A stretch of DNA of 64,000 nucleotides from Nitrospina sp. (GCA_018702695.1 JABIYR010000177.1:17415-81414), one strand, 5' to 3'; shown: positions 39,382-49,443, counted from the first letter of the stretch. Notes: a model not told the origin generated them from the letters alone. Program-made: numbers and translations.

Positions 39382-42360
39382 CTAAACGATGCAAACCGCG
39401 AGAACTTGTTTTAAATCGCAATCACCTTTGAAAATTTTATAGATACCATCTTGTTTTAATGTCGTCATGCCATCTTTGATGGCTTGTGCTCTTAATTCTT
39501 CAACCATTGAATTGTGCATAATCATACGTTTGATTTCATCACTGGCATTGAGGCATTCGTGTAACCCGGTTCGTCCCGCATAACCCGTTTCACTACAGGA
39601 AGCGCAACCGACGGTTTTTTTCAAGAGTAAATCATCGCTGTATTGAATTCCTAGTTTGTGTGAATCTGTTTCACCAAATTGATGGACTAGCGTATCAAAT
39701 TCTTCACGGCTTGGGTGATAGTCTTCTTTGCATTCTTTGCATAATGTTCTCACCAGTCTTTGCGCTACGATGAGGAGCAGAGCATCGGAGAAATTTAGTG
39801 GGTTCATCCCCATATCAATCAAGCGGGTAATGGTTTCAGGTGCTGAGTTCGTATGTAGGGTGCTGAAGACCAAGTGTCCGGTTAGAGATGCCTCCAGACC
39901 GATGGAGCAGGTCTCGGCATCGCGCATTTCACCGACCATGATAACATCTGGGTCACCGCGTAAAAATGATTTCATAGCACGAGCAAAATCTAGACCGATT
40001 TTATTTAACATTTGTACCTGCCTGAGCCCGTCTTGAGTGATTTCTACCGGATCTTCTGCGGTCCATATTTTACGGTCAGGGTGATTGATATGTCCTAGGC
40101 AGGAGTGCAGGGTGGTGGTTTTACCAGAACCTGTGGGGCCGACCACCAAAATCAAGCCATAGGGCTTGGCAACCTTATCTTTAATGAGTTCAAGGTTTGC
40201 CGCAGAGAAATTCATTTTCTCAAGTGGAATGGGTTTGCTGGCGGCGAAAATACGCAATACGGCATCTTCATTACCCCCAACCGTTGGGCAGGTTGCAACA
40301 CGGTATTCAATTTCTTTGCGACCGTATTTCATTTTAATTTTTCCATCTTGAGGCAAGCGTCGTTCGGCTATATCTAATTTAGACATGATTTTTATACGGG
40401 ATATGATGGCTTGCTTATAGAGATAAGGGATTTCTTGGTAAATACTGCAAGATCCATCTTTACGAAACCTTACTCGGACGGGTTTTTTAGCGGTGCCAGG
40501 TTCAATATGGATATCGGAAACACCTTGATCGTAAGCATCGGTTAAGACCTTATTTACCAAGCGAACAATGGTGCTGTCTGTTTCGCTGATGGCGTTGACC
40601 TCTTCTTCATCTTGCGAGCTGTCCACGACATCTGTGCTTTCACCCTGCAGGGCATCCAAGAGGCTGGACATTTCTTCCGTGCGTATTTCATCTGCAGTCC
40701 CGGATGAGGCCTCGTCTTCGGTCATCGCTGAAAGCAAAAATTCTCGAATATCAACTTTCAACCCAACTTTTAGTTCGAGTTGTTTCTTCGGAAAGATCAT
40801 TTGGATATTCTGGATGCGATCTTTGTTTCTGGGGTCATCCGTTAAGATAATGGCACTGGTTTCATCGTTTTGGAGCGGCACCCAATTGTTCTTGGCCAGA
40901 TAGGTTTTGTTGAGACCCGAAAAATTAGATTGCGGAAGAACAATGGCATCGTTGAAACCTTGATATGGAATGTTGTAATAAAGCTCCAGTGATTTGCCAA
41001 GATCTTTTCGCTTCAACTTCAAATCACCCAATAATATTGTTTCAAGATCTACGTGATTCTTGCGGGCCTTAGAAATGGCGTCATTCAATTCATCCTGAGA
41101 CAGGGTGCCATTTTCAACCAACAAACCAAATTTTGTGCGTTTTTGAAGGTTTATTTTTTGCTGGTTGAAAAAAGCCAAAGCAAGTGTTTGGGCGATGCTT
41201 TTAACGTTTCGTTCATCGAAACCGGTAAACCGATCGGCATTCCTTTTGTTTACCAGTTGTAATACGCCCATGAGGTTATCACCCTGTAATAAAGGGTAAA
41301 CGAGCATAGATTTTGTTTTGAGGCCTGATTTTTTATCCCACGAACTATCAAAATTAAGATCGGGGTGAAATGCATTGAGTTCATCAGCATTATATACATT
41401 GCTGATATTTACAGGTTTTTGAGTCAGGGCAACACAACCAGAAATACTTTTTACCGCAATAGGGACTCTTATCTCGTTAACTTGATTGCCGGATTTGATT
41501 TTTGAGTAAATCTCATTTTTGATTTCATCGACTGCATAAATGGTGATCAACTCAGCATCAAATAATTGCAGGATAGGTTGCTGGAGTTCGAGAAGAATTT
41601 CATCGATCGTTTCTGCCGAGTGGATGGCATGGGCGGTATCTTGTAATTTTAACTCAATGTTCTCAACTTCTAACTTTGCCAGTGCATGTCCCAAATTGGT
41701 GGACAACTCTCTTGCTTTGCGGACATAGTCTTGGTTGAAACGACCTCCTGATTGGTGATTCAAACATTCTAAAACCCCCATTAACCGCTTGTTGAAGGGC
41801 AGGGCTATCAATAAGGCTGACTTTGTTTGGAAGTTGATTTTCTGGTCCCAATTTTTATCAAGTTCTAAGGCGGGGTGATACTGTATCAATTCTTCTTTAT
41901 TGTAGGCATCGCTTATATTAAGCGTCTTACCGGTTGCGGCCACAAAACCTGCCAGACTCTTGGAGGAAATATCTAGACGAATTTCATCCATCCCTTCGAC
42001 TCTGAAATTACGTGTGTAAATCTGCCTCTTGTTCCTGTCAATGGCATAAATCGAGACCGCATCACAATCAAAAAGATTTTTGAGATCATCTGTCAGCGAA
42101 AAGAGGATGGTCTCCATACTTTGGCCTGACAATAATTTGTTGATAATAGGATGGGTTTTATCGTTATGTCTACGACCACGCGGGCCTTCATCGCCGGTGT
42201 TTGTATCTTCATTGCGTCGGCTAAAAGAAGACTGTGAATTTTCTCCACAGGTTAACGCATCATTAGGTAAACCCTCTTGATTCAGCTCCAACGCTGATTC
42301 CGAGGGCTTGTCTTTTTTTTTCAATTTGGAAAAAATGGACACGTTCCAGATAACCTTCAA
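39382..42360 (-). CDS. GAF-GAF-T2SSE_N-GspE/PilB-type secretion ATPase, copy B
   Basis: 992 aa with the same architecture as copy A, plus an extra low-complexity N-terminal tail of about 75 aa. The ATPase half is nearly identical to copy A. The track start is TTG, so the true start is uncertain. Confidence 0.9.
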   Translation of the reverse strand: MKVIWNVSIFSKLKKKDKPSESALELNQEGLPNDALTCGENSQSSFSRRNEDTNTGDEGPRGRRHNDKTHPIINKLLSGQSMETILFSLTDDLKNLFDCDAVSIYAIDRNKRQIYTRNFRVEGMDEIRLDISSKSLAGFVAATGKTLNISDAYNKEELIQYHPALELDKNWDQKINFQTKSALLIALPFNKRLMGVLECLNHQSGGRFNQDYVRKARELSTNLGHALAKLEVENIELKLQDTAHAIHSAETIDEILLELQQPILQLFDAELITIYAVDEIKNEIYSKIKSGNQVNEIRVPIAVKSISGCVALTQKPVNISNVYNADELNAFHPDLNFDSSWDKKSGLKTKSMLVYPLLQGDNLMGVLQLVNKRNADRFTGFDERNVKSIAQTLALAFFNQQKINLQKRTKFGLLVENGTLSQDELNDAISKARKNHVDLETILLGDLKLKRKDLGKSLELYYNIPYQGFNDAIVLPQSNFSGLNKTYLAKNNWVPLQNDETSAIILTDDPRNKDRIQNIQMIFPKKQLELKVGLKVDIREFLLSAMTEDEASSGTADEIRTEEMSSLLDALQGESTDVVDSSQDEEEVNAISETDSTIVRLVNKVLTDAYDQGVSDIHIEPGTAKKPVRVRFRKDGSCSIYQEIPYLYKQAIISRIKIMSKLDIAERRLPQDGKIKMKYGRKEIEYRVATCPTVGGNEDAVLRIFAASKPIPLEKMNFSAANLELIKDKVAKPYGLILVVGPTGSGKTTTLHSCLGHINHPDRKIWTAEDPVEITQDGLRQVQMLNKIGLDFARAMKSFLRGDPDVIMVGEMRDAETCSIGLEASLTGHLVFSTLHTNSAPETITRLIDMGMNPLNFSDALLLIVAQRLVRTLCKECKEDYHPSREEFDTLVHQFGETDSHKLGIQYSDDLLLKKTVGCASCSETGYAGRTGLHECLNASDEIKRMIMHNSMVEELRAQAIKDGMTTLKQDGIYKIFKGDCDLKQVLAVCIV

Positions 42361-42549
42361 TGATTGTGAGTGTGTATAGTAAATATCCTACTATCCAGAT
42401 CTTAAAACTTCAAGCCAATAACAAGAAGGAAGGGTCAAAAACTATTGAAAACATTATATTTATGGTAAGGATGGCGAAATTTGAGGCGGGTTTGGAGTCG
42501 TGTTTTGTTTATTTATATGAAATAACTAAATGAAAAAAAACTTGGCTCT

Positions 42550-44439
42550 TTAAACGTCGAGATTTTGAACAAACTCAGCTTTTTCCTTAATGAATTTAAA
42601 TCGCGGCTCAGCATTTTTTCCCATTAACTGTGAGACGGAATGATTGGCTTTATCGGCTGAGCTTATTGTCACACGGATCATAGAGCGAGACTTTCTATTC
42701 ATCGTGGTATCTTTTAAATCAGATGCAGGCATTTCACCCAAGCCTTTAAAACGTCCGATTTCATAGGCCGACCCATTTAGACTCTCGATTATCTTGTCTT
42801 TTTCTTCATCACTCAATGCGTAAAACAGTTTTTTACCGGCATCAATTCGATACAAGGGCGGCTGAGCTATAAAAAGATGTCCTTTTTCAATGATCTCAGG
42901 GAGATAGCGGTAGAAAAAGGTCAGTAATAAGGTGCAAATATGCGCTCCATCCACATCTGCATCGGTCATGATGATGATTTTTCCATAACGCAGTTTGTTG
43001 TAATCAAACTTATTACCAATGCCGGTTCCGCAGGCAGAAATCAGGTTTTGGATTTCAGTGTTGGCCAAAACCTTGGTAAGGGTTGCGGTTTCGACATTTA
43101 ATATCTTACCGCGTATGGGCAGAATCGCCTGAGTCTTTCGGTCTCTGGCTTGTTTACTGGAACCACCGGCAGAATCACCTTCACAGATAAATAGTTCAGC
43201 TTGGTCTTTATCGGTTGTGGCACAGTCGGAAAGTTTTCCAGGTAAATTAAGTCGATGTGAAATATTGGTTTTTCGTTGCACTGCTTCCTTGGCAAGGCGT
43301 GAAGCAATGCGCGCTTGAGCCGAAAGAATGATGCGGTTTGCAAGGGTATTAGCCAAAGTCTGGTTTTCATTTAAATAATGTTCGAGTGTATCTTTGACCA
43401 CCGATTCTACTTGCGAGGTGATTTCAGAGTTCAACCGGCCTTTGGTTTGCCCTTGAAACTCAACTTCCCCTTGCAAATAAACATTGATGATAGCAATCAT
43501 TCCCTCTCTAACATCTTCACCTGTGATACTTGTTATACCTTTGGGGAGAAGTTTGCGCCGATCTATATAGGCTCGAACTGCCTTGGTGATGCCGTTGCGA
43601 AAACCAATTTCATGCGTGCCGCCATCTATGGTTCGTATTGAATTGGCAAATGAAAGAATTTGGGTGTCTGTGTTCGGGGTCCAGATGAATGCAGACTCTA
43701 GCCTCAATAATTTATCTTCTTTTTCTACATAAAAAGGTTGATCCATCAAAGTGGCTTTTTTGCCGACAATTTTTTTTATGTAGTCCTGAATACCATCTGG
43801 GTAATGAAAATCGTGTTGGATCTTATTTTCATGGACGATTATTTTAAGGCCTTTATTGAGAAATGCCTTAGACTCGGCCCGCTCCAATATGTGCTTGGGA
43901 TTGAATTCTGTTTTGGGGAAAATCGTGCCATCCGGTTTAAAGTTGATCGTGGTTCCATAAAGTCGGGTGGGTTTGCCTTTTTGTAGCTTAGAGGTAGGCT
44001 TTCCTTTCGAATAGGTTTGCGTCCATTCAAAGCCTTCTCGTCGAGAGGTGGCCACTAAGTTTTCTGACAGGGCGCATACTACAGCCATTCCAACCCCATG
44101 CAGGCCACCGGATACCTTATAATTGCCCTGGCCAAATTTTCCGCCTGAGTGCAAGGTGGTGAACAAGACTTCCATCGCACTTTTTTGAGTATCGCGAAAT
44201 AAGTCAATGGGGATACCGCGACCATTATCTTTGATCGTGACACTGTGGTCACTCTCCAACCTAACCTCAATGGAATCACAATGCCCATTGAGGGCTTCAT
44301 CGACGCAGTTATCCAAAATCTCCCATAGCAAGTGATGTAAGCCAGTGGATGAAGTGGAGCCAATGTACATCCCCGGTCTTTTGCGAACGGGTTCGAGGCC
44401 TTCGAGGACTTGTATATCTTCAGATCTATAATTAGACAT
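42550..44439 (-). CDS. parE: Type IIA topoisomerase subunit B (ParE-like by size)
   Basis: 629 aa with EGLEPVRKRPGMYIGS, GGLHGVG, Toprim EGDSAGGS and QPPLYRI motifs. There is no long insertion, so the length is ParE-like. Confidence 0.85.
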   Translation of the reverse strand: MSNYRSEDIQVLEGLEPVRKRPGMYIGSTSSTGLHHLLWEILDNCVDEALNGHCDSIEVRLESDHSVTIKDNGRGIPIDLFRDTQKSAMEVLFTTLHSGGKFGQGNYKVSGGLHGVGMAVVCALSENLVATSRREGFEWTQTYSKGKPTSKLQKGKPTRLYGTTINFKPDGTIFPKTEFNPKHILERAESKAFLNKGLKIIVHENKIQHDFHYPDGIQDYIKKIVGKKATLMDQPFYVEKEDKLLRLESAFIWTPNTDTQILSFANSIRTIDGGTHEIGFRNGITKAVRAYIDRRKLLPKGITSITGEDVREGMIAIINVYLQGEVEFQGQTKGRLNSEITSQVESVVKDTLEHYLNENQTLANTLANRIILSAQARIASRLAKEAVQRKTNISHRLNLPGKLSDCATTDKDQAELFICEGDSAGGSSKQARDRKTQAILPIRGKILNVETATLTKVLANTEIQNLISACGTGIGNKFDYNKLRYGKIIIMTDADVDGAHICTLLLTFFYRYLPEIIEKGHLFIAQPPLYRIDAGKKLFYALSDEEKDKIIESLNGSAYEIGRFKGLGEMPASDLKDTTMNRKSRSMIRVTISSADKANHSVSQLMGKNAEPRFKFIKEKAEFVQNLDV

Positions 44440-44444
44440 GGATT

Positions 44445-46718
44445 TTATTTAATCTTAAGAATTTTTTTGCGTTTCGAAACGATAACACCTTGACCTCCGC
44501 GATTGCATAGGCGGACGCTTTTTACGGTGATCTCTTTTTCATCTTTGGCCCCAAATACTAGAGTGACCTTATCTTTTAAACTCACTGATTTAAAACCAAC
44601 CAAGTGACCCTCACCCGGTTTCATGAGAATGACCCCTTTGCCAGACCCTGTCAGTTGGGTAATCTGGTCGGTCGGGACAACCATCGCTTTGCCGTTACCC
44701 GTAGCCATAAAAACATGGCTGTGAGTTACGGGGCCGAAACCGATCATACTGTCATCAGCCTTTAAGCTCATGATCTTCCTGCCTGTACGGGTGGTCTCGG
44801 ATAAATTGGATACTGGAAACCTGAAACCAAACCCATTTGCACTGACAACTAGAAGCTCGAACTTCTTTGATTTAGAGCTTTTAAGAAACTTCATCGAAGT
44901 TTGCCCCGTCGATTTTGACGAGCTAGCGGATTTTTCATTACCCGCTGGCAAGGCCATCAGCCCAATTACTTTTTCCCCATCACCAAACTTGAATAAGCTT
45001 TGAATCGGCTCTCCAAAACCGCTACGGGTAAAGGGTAAGCTATAGACCTTGGAGGTATAAACGGCTCCAAAGGATGTGAATATTGCCAATAGGTTACGGG
45101 TATTGGTTTGCAAGGAATCGAGCAGTTGATCATTTTCCTTGAATTTTAGACTGGAAACATCACCCATTGATTTTGATTTACGAAGCCAGCCATTTTGACT
45201 GAGGATAATATAAACATCTTCATGCTCAATAAAATCCTCTTCGTTGTACTCAATATTCTGGACCGTTTTGATCTTGGTGCGGCGTTTATCGCCATGTTTT
45301 TCTTTAATTTCTTCGAACTCCTGTTTCACTTCTGCCCAAATCTTTTGGGGAGATGCAAGGATAGCCTCAATTCTTTTCTTTTCGTTGAGCTTCTCTTCTT
45401 GCTCTTGCAGGATTTTGTCCATTTCCATTGCGACCAATCGGTAGAGCGGAATTTCCAGAATTGCGCTGGTCTGGTCATCATCTAGATCGAAATAGTTGCG
45501 TAATTTATCGTGCGCTTCTTTGCGAGACTTGGATGACCGTATCAATTCCAAAGCCTTATCTAAGTCGCTAAATAATGCGGCAAACCCAGCTAATTGATGC
45601 AAACGTTTTTCAAGAAGCGCGAGCTCAAAATTTAAACGGCGGGTAATGACTTGCTTGCGGAATTCCAGAAAATACTGGCATATATCCAATAAGGACAGGC
45701 GATCTGGCTCTCCATTCGGCTTGAGACAGGTAAAATTAATCTGAAAATTTGTTTCAAAATCGGTGTGTTTGAAAAGGTAGCTCATTAATTTTTTTTCATC
45801 TGCCGTACTTTTAATCTCAAGAACCACACGTATTCTTTCATCGCTCTCGTCTCTCACATCTGTGAGAGCGGGTAGCTTCTTGGCGATTATTATTTCGGCG
45901 ATCTTTTCTATCATCCGAGCCTTATTAACACTGTACGGAATTTCCGTTATGATGATTTGTTTCTTGCCACGAGGAAGCGTTTCTAACTTCCACTGCCCAC
46001 GAATTTTTATAGCTCCTGACCCAGTTTCATAAGATTTTTGTATATCAGCCTTACTATTCAGGATGATGCCAGAGGTGGGGAAGTCTGGGCCCTTTATATG
46101 CGTCATCAGGTCTCCCACCGTTTGTTCAGGAGTCTCGATCAAGGATATTAAAGCGTTCATCACTTCTAGTAAATTATGACTGGGAAAAGAACAAGCCATG
46201 CCGACTGCGATTCCTGATGCACCGTTGACCAGTAAATTAGGGATGCGTGATGGCAGTACGACGGGTTCTTTTAATGTGTTGTCATAATTGGGACGAAAAT
46301 CGACTGTGTCTTTTTTGATATCTCTCAATAAAAAAGCGGTGATCGGGGTTAAACGCCCCTCTGTATACCGGTAGGCCGCTGGAGAATCGCCATCCAGAGA
46401 GCCAAAATTTCCCTTGCCGTCAACCAGGGGATAACGCATCGAAAAATCTTGCGCCATACGCACCATAGACTCATAGGTAGAAGCATCTCCATGGGGGTGA
46501 TACTTACCGAGCACTTCTCCGATGATTTTGGCAGACTTGACATGTTTGCTGGCGGCATTCATTCCCATGCTTTCCATGGCATAGAGAATTCGGCGGTGAA
46601 TGGGCTTTAAGCCATCGCGAACATCAGGAAGTGAACGCGATACGATGGTTGAAAGTGCGTAGGTTAAAAACCTGCTTTCTAGCTCATCTTGTAAATCTGA
46701 ATTTATTTCCTGACCCAT
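44445..46718 (-). CDS. parC: Type IIA topoisomerase subunit A (ParC-like; no GyrA box seen)
   Basis: 757 aa with DGLKPIHRRILYAM, KYHPHGDAS and the active-site Tyr region AAYRYTEGRL. The segment where a GyrA box (QRRGGKG) would sit reads KSKSMGDVSSLK. Confidence 0.8.
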   Translation of the reverse strand: MGQEINSDLQDELESRFLTYALSTIVSRSLPDVRDGLKPIHRRILYAMESMGMNAASKHVKSAKIIGEVLGKYHPHGDASTYESMVRMAQDFSMRYPLVDGKGNFGSLDGDSPAAYRYTEGRLTPITAFLLRDIKKDTVDFRPNYDNTLKEPVVLPSRIPNLLVNGASGIAVGMACSFPSHNLLEVMNALISLIETPEQTVGDLMTHIKGPDFPTSGIILNSKADIQKSYETGSGAIKIRGQWKLETLPRGKKQIIITEIPYSVNKARMIEKIAEIIIAKKLPALTDVRDESDERIRVVLEIKSTADEKKLMSYLFKHTDFETNFQINFTCLKPNGEPDRLSLLDICQYFLEFRKQVITRRLNFELALLEKRLHQLAGFAALFSDLDKALELIRSSKSRKEAHDKLRNYFDLDDDQTSAILEIPLYRLVAMEMDKILQEQEEKLNEKKRIEAILASPQKIWAEVKQEFEEIKEKHGDKRRTKIKTVQNIEYNEEDFIEHEDVYIILSQNGWLRKSKSMGDVSSLKFKENDQLLDSLQTNTRNLLAIFTSFGAVYTSKVYSLPFTRSGFGEPIQSLFKFGDGEKVIGLMALPAGNEKSASSSKSTGQTSMKFLKSSKSKKFELLVVSANGFGFRFPVSNLSETTRTGRKIMSLKADDSMIGFGPVTHSHVFMATGNGKAMVVPTDQITQLTGSGKGVILMKPGEGHLVGFKSVSLKDKVTLVFGAKDEKEITVKSVRLCNRGGQGVIVSKRKKILKIK

Positions 46719-47165
46719 TGCTAATACCGAGTTTGCGTTGAAGATTGAGAAAAGATGGATTGTCCAGCTTGACGTTTGTAGGTAGCGATCTTATTTACCT
46801 GAATAGACAGTTTTAGTCAAAGGAACCGTCTTTTAGGTATCAACCTGCTTTAATAAGTTATGGTCTTTATTTTTAACTGATGTCCTTTGCTTATCGCGTG
46901 GATGCCCATATTCTGGAGGCATGAATTGTCTGTATACAATATGAATAATTATAAAGCAAGTGAAATCAAAGATTAACAAGAGTGGCTTGACTGGGCTCTA
47001 GATCGTAAATAAATGATTAATTTTTAAGGGTTTGAAACCTTTTTAGGGCTCGACCATCTTAATTCTAATTGAAGAGTATTTTGGGCCTTCATCTTTGATT
47101 GTTCCCTGCATAATTCTCATAACCGTACCGTTTAGGTATTTTTTTGTATTTTTAAGGAGTGTTTT

Positions 47166-48278
47166 ATGTCTGACCCGAAGCTACAAGAGCTTATTATTGA
47201 AGCGCTGAAAACAGTTCAAGACCCTGACCTGCACAAAGATATTGTCAGCCTTGGGTTTGTAAAAAATATAAATATTGAAGGTGGAAACGTTAAATTTGAT
47301 GTCGAGTTGACCACACCCGCTTGCCCGGTGAAAGAACAGCTGCGCAGTGAATGTGAAACAAAAGTCAAAGCTCTTGCCGGGGTTGAAAAGGTGGAAGTGA
47401 ATATGACTGCTGTTGTGCGCTCAACCGAACATTCGCAACCGGTTTTGCCGGGAGTGAAAAATATCATTGCTGTAGCGAGTGGTAAAGGCGGGGTCGGGAA
47501 GTCTACCGTCAGCACCAATCTGGCTATTGCATTGTCTTTAACCGGGGCACGCGTCGGCTTGATGGATGCAGATATTTATGGCCCAAGCATTCCGCAGATG
47601 TTGGGTATCCCCATTACTTCACCCAAAGTAGGTTCGGAGAATAAATTTTTCCCCCATGAGAAATATGGGCTGAAAGTGGTCTCGGCGGCATTTTTGACGA
47701 AACAAGGTCAACCTCTCATGCTTCGTGGGCCTATGTTGGGAGGCATCATTCAACAATTTCTGCAAAATGTTGAATGGGGCGAGTTGGACTATTTAGTGAT
47801 TGATTTGCCACCCGGTACAGGCGATGTGCAGTTGACTCTTACGCAGAAGGCTCCCATTTCTGGTGCGGTGGTTGTGACCACGCCTCAGCAGGTCAGTTTG
47901 ATTGATGCCGATAAAGGGGTGAAAATGTTTCAGCAAGTGAAAGTACCGCTTCTCGGTATTGTTGAGAATATGAGTTATTTTCTCTGTGATGGTTGCGACA
48001 AAAAGCATCATATCTTTAGGCAGGGCGGGGGTAAAACCTTAGCCGATACTTTTAGCATCCCGCTATTAGGTGAAGTCCCCATTGTCACCGAAGTCGCAGA
48101 AGGTGGCGATTCTGGCGTTCCCATTGTCATGTCTAACCCCGAATCTCCTGCCAGTAAGGCATACAAAGATTTAGCCGGGAAAGTCGCGGCGCAACTCAGT
48201 ATCAATCAGGCTAATAGCGGTGAAAAAGTCTCTGCCGACTTCGAATTAGCTTGGGATGCGGAGCCTAAATCAAACTAA
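47166..48278 (+). CDS. apbC: Mrp/ApbC/NBP35-family Fe-S cluster carrier ATPase with N-terminal DUF59 domain
   Basis: 370 aa with DUF59 (LKTVQDPDLHKDIVSLGFV...TTPACPV), the deviant Walker A ASGKGGVGKST, and the CxxC motif CDGCDKKHHIF. Confidence 0.9.
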   Translation: MSDPKLQELIIEALKTVQDPDLHKDIVSLGFVKNINIEGGNVKFDVELTTPACPVKEQLRSECETKVKALAGVEKVEVNMTAVVRSTEHSQPVLPGVKNIIAVASGKGGVGKSTVSTNLAIALSLTGARVGLMDADIYGPSIPQMLGIPITSPKVGSENKFFPHEKYGLKVVSAAFLTKQGQPLMLRGPMLGGIIQQFLQNVEWGELDYLVIDLPPGTGDVQLTLTQKAPISGAVVVTTPQQVSLIDADKGVKMFQQVKVPLLGIVENMSYFLCDGCDKKHHIFRQGGGKTLADTFSIPLLGEVPIVTEVAEGGDSGVPIVMSNPESPASKAYKDLAGKVAAQLSINQANSGEKVSADFELAWDAEPKSN

Positions 48279-48298
48279 TAAAAGTATATTTGGGTTAA

Positions 48299-48346
48299 TT
48301 AGCTTCTCCTGCCGATCCCTCCTGAAGGGAGGGGCAGGGTAGCTAA
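48299..48346. other. Long imperfect hairpin between apbC and the DUF971 gene
   Basis: Three stacked helices: TTAGCT/AGCTAA (6 bp), CCTGCC/GGCAGG (6 bp) and CCTCC/GGAGG (5 bp, positions 48318-48322 with 48328-48332), with a 5-nt loop tgaag. No U-tract follows. Confidence 0.5.
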
Positions 48347-48404
48347 GGGCTTAACAGGTTTAACCAAAACAAGTGTTTAATTTGTTCGATAAAAAGGAAA
48401 GATT

Positions 48405-48722
48405 ATGGCCGCACCAAAGAGCATCAAAAAGGTCAACGAAACCACGCTAGGAATCACTTGGACAGATGGGCATGACTCGGTGTATGCGGTGAAAAAATTA
48501 CGCGAAAATTGTCCGTGTGCAAATTGCATCGATGAATGGAGTGGTAAGAAATTGATCGAACCCGGCTCTATAACCGATACCATTCGACCGCAGAATATTA
48601 AAGCTGTCGGGCTTTATGCCATTCAGTTCTACTGGAATGATGGTCACGATACCGGGCTTTATACACATGAGCTTTTGCGCCAACTCTGTGAATGTGTAGC
48701 GTGTAAAGGCAAAAATAATTAG
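48405..48722 (+). CDS. DUF971 family protein
   Basis: 105 aa with ITWTDGHDSVYAVKKLRENCPCANC and IQFYWNDGHDTGLY, typical of DUF971. This family is commonly found next to mrp/apbC. Confidence 0.8.
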   Translation: MAAPKSIKKVNETTLGITWTDGHDSVYAVKKLRENCPCANCIDEWSGKKLIEPGSITDTIRPQNIKAVGLYAIQFYWNDGHDTGLYTHELLRQLCECVACKGKNN

Positions 48723-48853
48723 GTATTGAATGTGAATAAGTACTGGGAGTCTCTCTGCTATGACGCTCCCCCCATTTGAGAAAATGGCAGAGATGCTTTC
48801 AGGTGAAAACGAATAGAGTGCTTGGGAATACAGACTCAAGTGCTCCAACCCGA

Positions 48854-48890
48854 ACGGGAGTAGCGGTCAGGCTACTCCCGTTTTCTTTTT
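48854..48890 (+). terminator. Rho-independent terminator (shared by the convergent DUF971 and yciA genes)
   Basis: ACGGGAGTAGC (48854-48864), loop ggtcag, GCTACTCCCGT (48871-48881), then TTTTCTTTTT. Confidence 0.8.
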
Positions 48891-48891
48891 C

Positions 48892-49281
48892 TCATTGTTC
48901 AATTTTGCGTGACTTGCCTTCTTGGTCAATGGCTACATAGGTGAAAATAGCTTCGGTGACACAATAGCGGTCTTCAGACACTTCATCCAGCACGGGTTTG
49001 ACCCAAATTTCCATCTTGATAGACATGGAAGAGTTCCCAACCTTCGTACATTTTCCGTAACAGCAAACTACATGCCCGACGTTGACGGGTTTATAAAAGG
49101 TCATGCCATCCACTTTAACGGTGACGACTCGGCCTTTGGCTATTTCTTTTGCTAGAATTCCACCACCGATATCCATCTGCGACATGATCCAGCCTCCAAA
49201 AATATCACCATTAGAGTTGGTGTCTGCGGGCATTGCTAGGGTGCGTAATAACAGGTTGCCATCGGGTTCTCGCTCTGCCAT
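48892..49281 (-). CDS. yciA: Acyl-CoA thioesterase, YciA-like hotdog fold
   Basis: 129 aa with LRTLAMPADTNSNGDIFGGWIMSQMDIGG. Confidence 0.85.
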   Translation of the reverse strand: MAEREPDGNLLLRTLAMPADTNSNGDIFGGWIMSQMDIGGGILAKEIAKGRVVTVKVDGMTFYKPVNVGHVVCCYGKCTKVGNSSMSIKMEIWVKPVLDEVSEDRYCVTEAIFTYVAIDQEGKSRKIEQ

Positions 49282-49418
49282 GAGTATCTCCTATCCATAA
49301 AGGATTTTTGGGGATCATAGCCATAATGATCGTTAAAGAAGAGGGGCCATAGAGTAGGCGTTGGTGGGTGTGGTTTATTATAGAGCTTGTCTGGAGCCAG
49401 TGGCTGAGAAATCACCCC

Positions 49419-49443
49419 AGCCCCTCTTTACTAAAGAGGGGCT
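49419..49443 (-). terminator. Possible terminator hairpin downstream of the PCP_red gene (no clear U-tract)
   Basis: AGCCCCTCTTT / AAAGAGGGGCT form an 11-bp stem with a 3-nt loop, about 55 nt past the minus-strand stop at 49497. Confidence 0.3.
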
